Assembly: GCA_963782485.1 (NCBI GenBank)
Contig: CAWAJV010000007.1
Span: 596,677 to 660,676 of the forward strand
DNA from: an uncultured Actinomycetota bacterium
GTDB taxonomy: Bacteria; Actinomycetota; Actinomycetes; Frankiales; Frankiaceae
Direction of reading: 5' to 3'
Length of the DNA: 64,000 nt
Both the position numbers and the translations under genes were made by a program. Below, one piece after another: positions 54,723 to 63,835 of the stretch (within the stretch, counting starts at the first letter, position 1; each line of letters opens with the position of its first letter). Under the pieces are notes generated by a model. That model saw only the letters and a program-made list of their open reading frames with translations, was not told where the DNA came from and searched no databases.

Positions 54723-56671
54723 CTGTCTACCTCCTGTGGGTAAGAGACCACATAGTCGGAGAGGTCCGGACGCCGGGTCCAGGTCCAGTAGTCGACCAGC
54801 GGCCATGGACTCAGTGAGTGGATCTTGCCCTCGGGGTTCTTGAAGTGCGAGTGCTTGATCGACGGCTGCGCCCAGACCAGCGTGCTGAGCTCGTCCTGCA
54901 CCTTCTTGTAGTACGCGTCGTGCACGTCCTGGCGAGGCTCCATCGAGGTGTGCTTGCCGGAGATCAGCGTGTCGATGCAGCCGGTGATGTAGCGCATCTG
55001 GCATTCGGAATGGAAGATCAGGCTGCCGCCGTGGGCCAGGTTGGTACCCGGCCCGTACATGCAGAACAGGTTCGGAAATCCCGGGATCGTGATGCCGAGG
55101 TAGGCCGCCGGGCTCTCGCCCCATTCCTGCCCGAGGTTGCGGCCACGGCTGGTGATCTGCATCGGCCAGAGCGCGCGGTTGGTGTAGAAGCCGGTCGCGT
55201 AGACGATGATGTCGGCCTCGTAGCGCTCGCCCGTGACGGTGACGATGCCCGTCGCGTCGATGTGGTCGATCTCGTCGCGTACCAGATCGACATTGTCGCG
55301 CTTGAGCGCGTTGAGCCAGCTTCCGTTGTCCTGCAGGGTGCGCTTGCCCGTCGCCGGATAGTCCGGAACCACCTTGGCGAGCAGCTCGGGATCGTCGCCC
55401 ACCTGGCTCTCGATCCATTGCGTGAACATGATCCGGGTCAGGTCGTTCGTCGCGTTGACCGCGCGCTGCTGGTCCTCCCACTCGGGGTCGACGCGTGAGC
55501 CTTCCACGCTTCGGCCGCTGGCCGGCCAGAAGATGAGGAACCGGTACCAGCGCCCGTAGTAGGGCAGGTGGCGCAGCGCCCAGCGCACCCCGGGACCGAC
55601 CTTGGCGTGGTAGTTCGGATTCGGGAACATCCACTGCGCGGTGCGCTGGAAGACCGTCAGATGCTCGACTTCGGGGGCGATGGTCGGTGCGATCTGGAAG
55701 CCGCTGGCACCGGCCCCGATCATGGCGACCTTCTTGCCCCGGTGGTCGACGGAGTGGTCCCAGTTCGAGGAGTGAAACCACGGGCCGGCGAAATCGTGCA
55801 TCCCCTTGATGTCAGGAATGTGGGCACGGTTCAACTGCCCGACCGCGCTGATGATCGCCCGCGCGGGCAGCACGTCCTCGCAGCCGTCTGCGGCCCGCAC
55901 CCGCACCTGCCACAGACCGGTGTCGTCGCTCCAGTCGGCGCCGATGACCTCGGTGTTCCAGCGCACGCTCGGCTCGATGCCGTGGCGGTTCATGACGTCA
56001 CGGAAATAGGCCGCGAGCTCGGGCTGCTGGGCGAAGAATTCGGTCCAGTGGTCACTCGGCTCGAACGAGTAGCAGTAGAAGTGGTTGCCGACATCGACCC
56101 GGGCGCCGGGGTAGCTGTTCTCGTACCAGGTGCCGCCCGGACCGCCGTTCTTCTCGATGATCGTGAACGGGATGCCGGCTTCCTTCAAACGAATGCCGGC
56201 CAGCAGTCCCGACTCCCCGCAACCGATGACGACGACCGGGAACGCGGCCTTCTCCTCGGGGGTGGCGTGCAACTCGACCTTGCGGGCGTCGACGTCGTCG
56301 AGCTCCATCTCCTCCATCAGGAGCGGGATGTAGTTCTCCGGGACCTCCTCGCAGACCATCCAGCTCATCATCTCGTGGATGAGCTCCGGCGACGGCGGGG
56401 GCGGCAGGGTGCAGCCGCGATCGCGGTAGTCGCGGATGACGCCGAGCGCGATCCGCCGGACCTCGGCCTTGTCCTCCTCGGACATGTAGCCCTGGACCTC
56501 GTTCAGGAAGAGGCCCTGCGGCTTGAGGCGGCCACGGATGAGCTCGGGATCGCCGGACATGTGGACGAGCGAGAGCATCAGCGTAGGGATGCTCACGTCC
56601 TCCAGGGCCGCCGCGATCGTCGCGTCGTCGTCGGAGAAGGGCTCTCCGGCGTGCAGGCTGCTCATGGCCAC
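54719..56671 (-). CDS. Type I Baeyer-Villiger (flavin-containing) monooxygenase with N-terminal extension
   Basis: Two Rossmann motifs (VIGCGESG, MIGAGASG) and BVMO fingerprint FxGxxxHxxxW (FAGPWFHSSNW). Confidence 0.9.
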   Translation of the reverse strand: MAMSSLHAGEPFSDDDATIAAALEDVSIPTLMLSLVHMSGDPELIRGRLKPQGLFLNEVQGYMSEEDKAEVRRIALGVIRDYRDRGCTLPPPPSPELIHEMMSWMVCEEVPENYIPLLMEEMELDDVDARKVELHATPEEKAAFPVVVIGCGESGLLAGIRLKEAGIPFTIIEKNGGPGGTWYENSYPGARVDVGNHFYCYSFEPSDHWTEFFAQQPELAAYFRDVMNRHGIEPSVRWNTEVIGADWSDDTGLWQVRVRAADGCEDVLPARAIISAVGQLNRAHIPDIKGMHDFAGPWFHSSNWDHSVDHRGKKVAMIGAGASGFQIAPTIAPEVEHLTVFQRTAQWMFPNPNYHAKVGPGVRWALRHLPYYGRWYRFLIFWPASGRSVEGSRVDPEWEDQQRAVNATNDLTRIMFTQWIESQVGDDPELLAKVVPDYPATGKRTLQDNGSWLNALKRDNVDLVRDEIDHIDATGIVTVTGERYEADIIVYATGFYTNRALWPMQITSRGRNLGQEWGESPAAYLGITIPGFPNLFCMYGPGTNLAHGGSLIFHSECQMRYITGCIDTLISGKHTSMEPRQDVHDAYYKKVQDELSTLVWAQPSIKHSHFKNPEGKIHSLSPWPLVDYWTWTRRPDLSDYVVSYPQEVDR

Positions 56672-56697
56672 CCCAGGGTCTCGATTGCAGAAGCTGA

Positions 56698-56723
56698 GTA
56701 GACAGAATCGCAGAGTTGTCTAC
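56698..56723. promoter_or_regulatory. Perfect inverted repeat GTAGACA-n12-TGTCTAC between the BVMO-P450 operon and the divergent TetR gene
   Basis: Seen in sequence. Classic TetR operator geometry. Confidence 0.5.
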
Positions 56724-56734
56724 GCTGGCATCTT

Positions 56735-57364
56735 GTGGGGTCCCCCGTCGCCGCGTCAAGCCGAGCTTCCGCTGCCCGAACGCCCGTGCCTGCGGCCGGC
56801 GAGACCACCCGCGAGCGGCTTCTCGATGCCGCCGAGAACTGCATACGGCGCAGCGGGATCCGCCGCACGACGGTGGGTCAGATCGCCGAGGAAGCCGGCA
56901 TCTCGCGGGCCTGGCTTTACCGCCTCTTTCCGGACAAGACGGCTCTCATCGGGGCAGCCCTGCTACGCGGCGACGAGGAGTTCTGGGCCCGTGCCCGGGC
57001 CCACGTCGACAACGCCACGACCCTCGCGGATCAGGTGGCTGCGGCCGTCACCTTCAGCCGCACGAAGCAGCCCGCCGCGCTCGTCCTGCACCTGAAGGAG
57101 AGCGAGCCGGAAGCGATGGCCGCGGTCGTGGGCAGCGGGCTGCGCCAGATCCTCCCGGGCATGACCGGCTTCTGGCACCCCTACCTGGAGACCGCCCGCG
57201 CCCGCGGTGAGGTGCGCGCCGACCTCGACGTCGCGCAAGCGGCCGAGTGGATCCTGCGCATGGTGCTCTCGCTGGTGACGGTGCCGGGCGACGTCGTCGA
57301 CATCGACGATCCGCAGGCGGTCCGGTCGTTCCTGCGTGCGTTTCTCATGACCGGGCTGAACTGA
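56735..57364 (+). CDS. TetR-family transcriptional regulator
   Basis: N-terminal HTH (TTVGQIAEEAGISRAWLYRLFPDK). Confidence 0.85.
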   Translation: MGSPVAASSRASAARTPVPAAGETTRERLLDAAENCIRRSGIRRTTVGQIAEEAGISRAWLYRLFPDKTALIGAALLRGDEEFWARARAHVDNATTLADQVAAAVTFSRTKQPAALVLHLKESEPEAMAAVVGSGLRQILPGMTGFWHPYLETARARGEVRADLDVAQAAEWILRMVLSLVTVPGDVVDIDDPQAVRSFLRAFLMTGLN

Positions 57365-57376
57365 GCGGGCGGTCGC

Positions 57377-58357
57377 TCACGGCGTGATGACCCGGATCGG
57401 GCTCCCATCGAGCCAGGCAGTGATGTCCTCGACGACGTCACCGTAGAAGGCGGTGTACGCCGTGGTGGAGACGTAGCCAATGTGCGGGGTGATCACGGTG
57501 TTGGGGGCCCCGCGCAGCGGATGCCACTCCGGCAGCGGCTCCACGTCGAACACGTCGAGTCCGGCTCCGGCGATGCGCCCGCTGCGCAACGCCTCGATCA
57601 GCGCGTGCTCGTCGACGATCGGTCCGCGCGAGGTGTTGATCAGGTAGCCCTTCGGGCCGAGCGCCGCCAGCTCGGGCGCTCCCACCAGGCCGGTGGTGCG
57701 CTCGCTCAGCTTCAGGTGGATGGTGACGATGTCGCTGCGGCTGAACAGCTCGTCCTTGCTGACGTACTCGGCGCCCGCGGCAGCGGCAGCCTCCGGGGTG
57801 AGGTTCTGGCTCCAGGCCAGCACCCGCATGCCGAAGGCGTTCGCGTACTGGGCGATCCGCGGCCCGATACGTCCCATGCCGAGGATCCCGAGCGTCGACC
57901 CCTGCAGCTCGATGCCGACCCCCAGCTGCCACTTGCCGGCCCGCACCGCGGCATCCTCGGCAGCGATCCCGCGCGTCACCGCCAGGATCAGGCCCCAGGT
58001 GAGCTCCGGCGTTGCCGCACCCGCTCCGCCCGTGCCACAGACGGTGATGCCGAGCCGCTGCGCCGCCTCGACGTCGATGACCGCATTGAACGGGCCGGTC
58101 GTGACCAGCAGTTGAAGCTTCGGGAGCCGGGCGAGCACCCGTTCCGGAAACGCGGTGCGCTCGCGCATGGCGACGACGACAGCGAACGGGGCCAGCCGCT
58201 CGACGAGCGCGTCCTCGCCCGACAGGTGGTTGTCGAAGACGACGACCTCGGCGCGGCCGCCGAACGACCAGTCGCCGAAGGTCAAGGCGACGTTCTGGTA
58301 GTCGTCCAGCACGGCGACCTTGGGGAGCTCATCGGCCGGCACTGGGGTTTGCGCCAT
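57377..58357 (-). CDS. D-isomer-specific 2-hydroxyacid dehydrogenase
   Basis: GxGxxG (GILGMGRIG), catalytic R/E/H pattern. Confidence 0.85.
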   Translation of the reverse strand: MAQTPVPADELPKVAVLDDYQNVALTFGDWSFGGRAEVVVFDNHLSGEDALVERLAPFAVVVAMRERTAFPERVLARLPKLQLLVTTGPFNAVIDVEAAQRLGITVCGTGGAGAATPELTWGLILAVTRGIAAEDAAVRAGKWQLGVGIELQGSTLGILGMGRIGPRIAQYANAFGMRVLAWSQNLTPEAAAAAGAEYVSKDELFSRSDIVTIHLKLSERTTGLVGAPELAALGPKGYLINTSRGPIVDEHALIEALRSGRIAGAGLDVFDVEPLPEWHPLRGAPNTVITPHIGYVSTTAYTAFYGDVVEDITAWLDGSPIRVITP

Positions 58358-58392
58358 CCGTCAGGTCTACACCAGCTGGCTCAGGCGCCGAG

Positions 58393-58827
58393 CTACGGGA
58401 GCGCCTCGAGCACGCGAGTCATCTTGACGACGGTCTCGTCGCCGAGCCGACGGAACTCGCCGCGCAGAAAGGGGTCGGCGAGCTTCGCCACGCCGTTGAA
58501 GACGATGTCGGAGTCGTAGCTGATCCGGGTGCGTTCGCCGTCGGCGGCGAACGTGATGTCGTCGGTCGACGTCGCGGTCTTGTTGCGCCCCACGAAGGTC
58601 AGCCGCTCGGGCTCCAGGCGGCTGAGCTCGTAGTTGAGCTCCGTCTCCTTGCCGCGGATCTTCGAGACGTTGTGCCAGGTGGCGCCGACCTGGATCGGCC
58701 CGGAGCCCACGCGCGTGCAACGAACCGTGCCGGGATCCCAGGCCTCGGCGTGGCCGAAGTCCGTGAGGTAGTCGACCACCGCCGGCAGCGGCGTGGCGAC
58801 GGTGAATGTGCGCTGGGTGTGGACCAC
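58393..58827 (-). CDS. SRPBCC (Bet v1-like polyketide cyclase/dehydrase) family protein
   Basis: About 140 aa beta-grip pattern. GTG start inferred; the longer ORF would overlap soxR. Confidence 0.55.
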   Translation of the reverse strand: MVHTQRTFTVATPLPAVVDYLTDFGHAEAWDPGTVRCTRVGSGPIQVGATWHNVSKIRGKETELNYELSRLEPERLTFVGRNKTATSTDDITFAADGERTRISYDSDIVFNGVAKLADPFLRGEFRRLGDETVVKMTRVLEALP

Positions 58828-58901
58828 GAAGCTCCCTACGAATGCGTGCTCCTGCCATCCAAGTCGACGCCGCGGATTTGCGCACCTCGCTGAGCACGCG
58901 G

Positions 58902-59384
58902 CTATACGGAAGCGTCGTGCGCCTCGTGCGCCTCCCGGAGCGGGCGCGGGAGGTAGACCGCGCCGGGACCGGCGCCGGCGGCGACATCGTTCGGGTTGCT
59001 CAGCCGGCAACGCTGGAGCGACAGGCAGCCACACCCGATGCAGGAATCCAGCCCGTCCCGCAGGCGCACCAACGCATCGATCTGCTCGTCGAGCCTTCCG
59101 CGCCAGGCGCGCGACATGCGCGACCAGTCGGCGCGGGTGGGCGTCCGGCCGGCCGGCAGCTGATCCAGCGCGTGGCGCACCTCCTCGAGGCTCAGGCCGA
59201 TGTTGCGTGCTGCTCGGATAAAGGCCAGCCGGCGCAGGACGGAACGCTCGTAGCGGCGTTGCTGGCCGCTGGTGCGGCTCGCAGAGATCAGGCCGGCACG
59301 CTCGTAGTAACGCAGGGCCGACGTGGCAAACCCGCTGCGCTCCGCAGCCTCGCCGATGGTGAGCAGATCGTGGGTGTTGAGCAT
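58902..59384 (-). CDS. soxR: Redox-sensitive MerR-family regulator SoxR
   Basis: MerR HTH plus the diagnostic [2Fe-2S] motif CIGCGCLSLQRC. Confidence 0.85.
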   Translation of the reverse strand: MLNTHDLLTIGEAAERSGFATSALRYYERAGLISASRTSGQQRRYERSVLRRLAFIRAARNIGLSLEEVRHALDQLPAGRTPTRADWSRMSRAWRGRLDEQIDALVRLRDGLDSCIGCGCLSLQRCRLSNPNDVAAGAGPGAVYLPRPLREAHEAHDASV

Positions 59385-59400
59385 CGCGCTGCCCTATCGC

Positions 59401-59431
59401 TTGACTTAAAGCTGACTTCAGGTTTCAGCAT
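59401..59431 (+). promoter_or_regulatory. Candidate SoxR-controlled promoter: TTGACT, a 19-bp spacer containing an 18-bp imperfect palindrome (AAAGCTGActTCAGGTTT), then CAGCAT
   Basis: Seen in sequence. The 19-bp spacer is the MerR-family hallmark. Confidence 0.4.
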
Positions 59432-59469
59432 AGCGGCAGGACGCCGATCCGCGGCGTGAGGAGGTAGCA

Positions 59470-60171
59470 GTGTCCAACGCTCTGATCACCGGTGCATCGC
59501 AGGGCTTCGGCCGCGCGCTCGCCATCGAGCTTGCAAGGCATGGCTGGACCGTCATCGCGACCGGACGGGACAGCGAGCGCCTGCGCCGGACCCAGGCCGG
59601 CGGGGCCCGCCACATCGTCACCGTCAGTGGCGACGTCCGCGATCGCGCGCACCAGTTGGCGCTCATCGACACCGCGCGCGATCTCGGCGCGCTCGACCTT
59701 CTCGTCCTCAACGCGAGCGAGCTCGGGCCCAGCCCGCTGCCCGACCTCGCGTCGATCGACCCGTCCACCTTGCGGGAGATCTACGACGTCAACGTGATCG
59801 CGCCGGTCGCTCTCACGCAACTCGCCCTCCCACTCCTGCAGCAGGCAGCAGAACCGGTGATCGTGGCGCTGAGTTCGGATGCCGCGGTGGAGGCGTACCC
59901 GACCTGGGGCGGCTACGGCGGATCGAAGGCGGCACTCGACCACACGATGGCGGTGCTGGCCGCCGAGCTCGATCCCGGCCCGCCGGCCGTCTACGCGTTC
60001 GATCCGGGCGACATGCGCACGGACCTGCACCAGCGCGCCTTTCCCGACGAGGACATCACCGACCGTCCCGAGCCACAGGCCGTCGTACCCGCCTTCCTGG
60101 CTTTGCTCCGCACCCGTCCGGCGAGTGGCCGGTATCGCGCCGCGGACCTACTGGCGGGTGCGGCCCGATGA
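59470..60171 (+). CDS. SDR-family oxidoreductase (divergent from soxR)
   Basis: TGASQGFG motif, YGGSK catalytic pair. RBS GAGGAGG. Confidence 0.85.
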   Translation: MSNALITGASQGFGRALAIELARHGWTVIATGRDSERLRRTQAGGARHIVTVSGDVRDRAHQLALIDTARDLGALDLLVLNASELGPSPLPDLASIDPSTLREIYDVNVIAPVALTQLALPLLQQAAEPVIVALSSDAAVEAYPTWGGYGGSKAALDHTMAVLAAELDPGPPAVYAFDPGDMRTDLHQRAFPDEDITDRPEPQAVVPAFLALLRTRPASGRYRAADLLAGAAR

Positions 60172-61262
60172 CCCCTGCTGCGCTCAAGGGATCAGCCGCC
60201 CTGGACACTGCGCAGACCCGTTTCACCATCCCGCCGCAGGCTTCGGCGCGCGTCCCGCCCGAAGCGCGCGGGCTGGCGCGCGACGAGGTGCGCCTCATGG
60301 TGGCCGCGCCCGGGCGCATCACCCACACCCGGTTTCGTCACCTCGCCGATCACCTTTCAGTGGGCGACCTCGTCGTGGTCAACACGTCGGCGACGATCGC
60401 GGCCGCGGTACCGGGTAAGCGTCGGCGGGCCGGTGCCGGGCTCGTCGACACCGTCGTGCACTTCTCGAGCCCGGCCGGGAACGGCCGGTGGATCGTGGAG
60501 CTTCGAGACGCATCGCGGCATCGCGTCCACGACGGGCGCGCCGGCGAGCGCATCTCGCTCCCCCACGGCGTCACGCTCAGCTTGACGGCACCCTGGCCGC
60601 ACCGGCCTGCGCGCCAGGGCAGCCGGCTCTGGCTTGCAGACGTCGGGGTCGAGTCCGGCGTGATGGCCTACCTCAAGCGGGAAGGACAGCCCATCGCCTA
60701 TGACCACATCGACGGACGCTGGCCGCTCGCCGCGTACCAGACCGTCTTCGCCCAGCACCCGGGCAGCGCGGAGATGGCCAGCGCGGGGCGGCCGTTCTCC
60801 GCGCGGCTGGTCGCCGACCTGCAATCGCGCGGCATCGGCATCGCGCCGGTCGTGCTGCACACCGGCGTCTCGTCCCTGGAAGCCGGGGAACGACCCCTTC
60901 CGGAGCGCTACGAGGTGACGGCCGCGACTGCCGCGCGGATCAACGCGACGCGAGCACGCGGCAAGCGCGTCATCGCCGCCGGCACGACCGTCACGCGCGC
61001 GGTGGAGACCGTTGCCGACGAGGACGGCACCGTCCACGCCGGCACCGGACTGACCGAGCTCGTCATCAGCGCGCAGCGGCCGCCGCGCGCGATCGACGGC
61101 CTGATCACGGGTTGGCACGAGCCGCAAGCGTCACACCTCCTGCTCCTGGAGGCGGTCGCCGGCAGCCGGCTCGTCGCCGGCGCCTACGCCGAAGCGCTCG
61201 ACCCTGCCACCGGCGGCTACCTCTGGCACGAGTTCGGCGATTCCTGCCTGTTCCTGCCGTGA
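60168..61262 (+). CDS. S-adenosylmethionine:tRNA ribosyltransferase-isomerase (QueA)-like protein
   Basis: QueA-like N-terminal pattern (DEVRLMV ... F.HL.D.L..GDLVVVN.S) and C-terminal GTT..R..E. ATGA overlap with the SDR gene. Confidence 0.7.
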   Translation: MTPAALKGSAALDTAQTRFTIPPQASARVPPEARGLARDEVRLMVAAPGRITHTRFRHLADHLSVGDLVVVNTSATIAAAVPGKRRRAGAGLVDTVVHFSSPAGNGRWIVELRDASRHRVHDGRAGERISLPHGVTLSLTAPWPHRPARQGSRLWLADVGVESGVMAYLKREGQPIAYDHIDGRWPLAAYQTVFAQHPGSAEMASAGRPFSARLVADLQSRGIGIAPVVLHTGVSSLEAGERPLPERYEVTAATAARINATRARGKRVIAAGTTVTRAVETVADEDGTVHAGTGLTELVISAQRPPRAIDGLITGWHEPQASHLLLLEAVAGSRLVAGAYAEALDPATGGYLWHEFGDSCLFLP

Positions 61263-61272
61263 CCCGGAATGC

Positions 61273-61634
61273 CTAGCGGAAGGCGACGGGCGCGAAGTGT
61301 TCGATGACCGGCGCCGGCTCGTAGAAGTGATGGAGCAGGCGTCGCCACTCCTGGAACGCCGGCGACTGGCGGAACCCGACGAGGTGGTCGTCGATCGTGT
61401 CCCACTCGACCAGGAGCAAGTAGCTGCCGGGGCGCTCGACGCAGCGGCCGAGCGTGACCCCCGGCAACCGGGGGAGGCCAGGATCAGGGCTTTGGCTTCG
61501 GCGAAGGCGGCTTCGAAGGCTTCTTCCTGCCCGGTACGCACCGGCAGCAGACCGTGTTCGGTGATCACGTAACAGGAGCTTAGCGGCCCGGCAGAGTCGA
61601 AATTGAAGCCGAAATCGAGTATCCCGTGGCCCAA
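61273..61634 (-). pseudogene. ABM (antibiotic-biosynthesis monooxygenase) domain protein, frameshifted at the C5 run 61458-61462
   Basis: N-terminal half in one frame (VITEHGLLPVRTGQEEAFEAAFAEAKALILASPGC) and C-terminal half in another (VTLGRCVERPGSYLLLVEWDTIDDHLVGF). Restoring one G/C gives a continuous ABM domain. Confidence 0.6.
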
Positions 61635-61987
61635 GGGGCTTGCGAAAACCGAAATCTGCGCGAAGCCGCCTATAGACCATTGATTTCGGAACCGTATTGG
61701 CGGTTGACAGCGTCCCGTTGTTCATCTGACGATCGGCGTGCAATGGGGGTGCCGGGTCCAGTCCTCGCCCGGCAGTGTCAACGCAGATCCCTGCACCCAG
61801 CATCAGGAGCGAGGACCGTTTCCGTTGGTAAACCAGCTCATCGTCCGGCTCCGCAGCCGGCTCCCGACACCCCCCTCCTTCGTGGCACGCCTCCGGCAGC
61901 GCGTCGCTGCGACGGCGAGCCGCCTCACGGGCGGGCGGCCGGCATCCCGGCGGCGCGTCACCCCACGCCACCGGGCCCAACGGGAAT

Positions 61988-62941
61988 GTGCCCCGACCCC
62001 TCCCGATCCAGCCGGAGCGCGGCGAGGGGCATGGCGACCGCCCGCCCCGTATCGCCAGGCTCGATGCAGCCGGGACGATCGTGTCGGCGAACGCCGAGTG
62101 GCAGGCGCGCTCGGCCGGCGACGCGCCGATGACCAGCGGGGTCGGGACGAACTACCTGAGCGCGTGCGAGCAATTCGCCTCCACCGGCCTGCCGGGGGCG
62201 GCTGAGGCGGTGAAGCTCGTCCGCAACGCGCTTTCCGGCGCCGTCGCCGATCACCGGATGAGCTACGGCGTCGCGAACGAGATGGACTCCGGCTGGTTCA
62301 GCCTTCAAGCGATCGCCTTGCCGGGTGGCGACGGCGCCCTCGTCGTGCTCGAGGACGACACCTGGCGTCATGAGGTCGAGGACGACCTTCGCTACCGCGC
62401 CTTCCACGATCCGCTGACCGGGCTCGCCAACCGGGCACTGCTCATCGACCGGCTCGAGCACGCGCTGCGTGGAGCCGAGCGCGGAGCGCGTTCATCCGCG
62501 GTCCTGTTCATCGACCTGGACGACTTCAAATCGGTCAACGACCGGCTCGGCCACCTCGCCGGCGACGCGGCGCTGTGCGAGGTCGCGCATCGGCTGGGCA
62601 GCTGCACGCGCGCCTCCGACACGGTGGGCCGCTGGGGCGGGGATGAGTTCGTCATCGTGGCCGAACGCCTCGATGACGACATCACCGCCGATGTCCTCGC
62701 CTCGCGGGTGCAGGAAGCACTCCTGGAGCCGATGCCGATCGCCGGCGAGTACCTGTGCATCCATGCCTCGATCGGCGTCGCGCATCGCCTCGACGACGAG
62801 ACGGCGGTGCAGGTCGTCGAGGCGGCTGACCGCGCGCTGATCGCTACCCGGGCGCGCCGGCGGCGGCCACGCGTCAGCCGCGGCAACCGGAGGTCCTCCC
62901 GTGAGGTCGGCGTCGTCTTCCACGGGCCGCCGGACGGCTGA
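61988..62941 (+). CDS. Diguanylate cyclase (PAS-like sensor plus GGDEF)
   Basis: GGDEF domain (FHDPLTGLANR ... VLFIDLDDFKSVNDRLGH ... RWGGDEFVIV). Start uncertain. Confidence 0.8.
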   Translation: MPRPLPIQPERGEGHGDRPPRIARLDAAGTIVSANAEWQARSAGDAPMTSGVGTNYLSACEQFASTGLPGAAEAVKLVRNALSGAVADHRMSYGVANEMDSGWFSLQAIALPGGDGALVVLEDDTWRHEVEDDLRYRAFHDPLTGLANRALLIDRLEHALRGAERGARSSAVLFIDLDDFKSVNDRLGHLAGDAALCEVAHRLGSCTRASDTVGRWGGDEFVIVAERLDDDITADVLASRVQEALLEPMPIAGEYLCIHASIGVAHRLDDETAVQVVEAADRALIATRARRRRPRVSRGNRRSSREVGVVFHGPPDG

Positions 62942-62961
62942 GTCCCCGGGCAGGAGCCCGG

Positions 62962-63726
62962 TCAGCTGACGTTGGCCCCGATCAGATAGCCGACGAGGTA
63001 GGTGACTCCGGCTGCCAGCGCCCCAAGAGCGAGCTGGCGAGCCCCGCTGAACCAGGCGCTGCGGCCGGTGAAGCGCGACGTGACCACGCCGACGGCGAAC
63101 AGCGAAACCGCCGAAACGGCAAGCGCTGCATACAGCTGCGAGACGCCGGCCAGAAACGTCACCAGGGGCAGGACGGCCCCTACTGCGAAGAAAGCGAAGC
63201 TGCTGCCCGCCGCCGCCCACGGGCTCGAGACCCCGGTCGGGTCGACCCCGAGCTCCACGAGGCTGTGGGTCTGCAGGGCTTGCTCCGGGTCAGACGAGAG
63301 CTGCCGGGCGACCCGCAACGCCAGATCGGGGTCGACGCCGCGCTTGGCGTAGTTCTCCGCCAGCTCGGCCACCTCGGCCTCGGGATGGCGGCGCAGCTCC
63401 AGAGCCTCGACCGCGACCTCGTTGGCGATCGACTCGTTCTGACTCTTCACCGAGGTGTACTCACCAGTGGCCATGCTGAACGCCCCCGCGACCAGCCCGG
63501 CGACACCCGTGAGCAGCACAGTGTGGCGGCTCGCGCCGCTTCCGCTGATACCTGCCACCAGGCTGACATTGCTGACCAGCCCGTCCATGGCTCCGAACAC
63601 GGCCGGGCGCAGCCACCCGCCCTGCACGTCACGGTGCTGATGGTCGCTCGAGCCTGCTGGTTGGGTCGGGCTCGCCGGCCCTACCCTTGCGGGAGTCGAT
63701 GTCTGCTCGCGTTCACCGCTGGTCAT
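62962..63726 (-). CDS. VIT1/CCC1-family iron/manganese transporter
   Basis: N-terminal cytoplasmic segment followed by 5 TM helices (AVFGAMDGLVSNVSLVAG). Confidence 0.8.
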   Translation of the reverse strand: MTSGEREQTSTPARVGPASPTQPAGSSDHQHRDVQGGWLRPAVFGAMDGLVSNVSLVAGISGSGASRHTVLLTGVAGLVAGAFSMATGEYTSVKSQNESIANEVAVEALELRRHPEAEVAELAENYAKRGVDPDLALRVARQLSSDPEQALQTHSLVELGVDPTGVSSPWAAAGSSFAFFAVGAVLPLVTFLAGVSQLYAALAVSAVSLFAVGVVTSRFTGRSAWFSGARQLALGALAAGVTYLVGYLIGANVS

Positions 63727-63835
63727 GCAGCCATCCAACCCGAGGACCGGCGATCCGCGGGTAACCGGGACCGCCGGAAAGTGGCGACACTATGCTGACC
63801 CGACCGGTCGGTCCCCCGGTGGCTTGAGGTGACAG

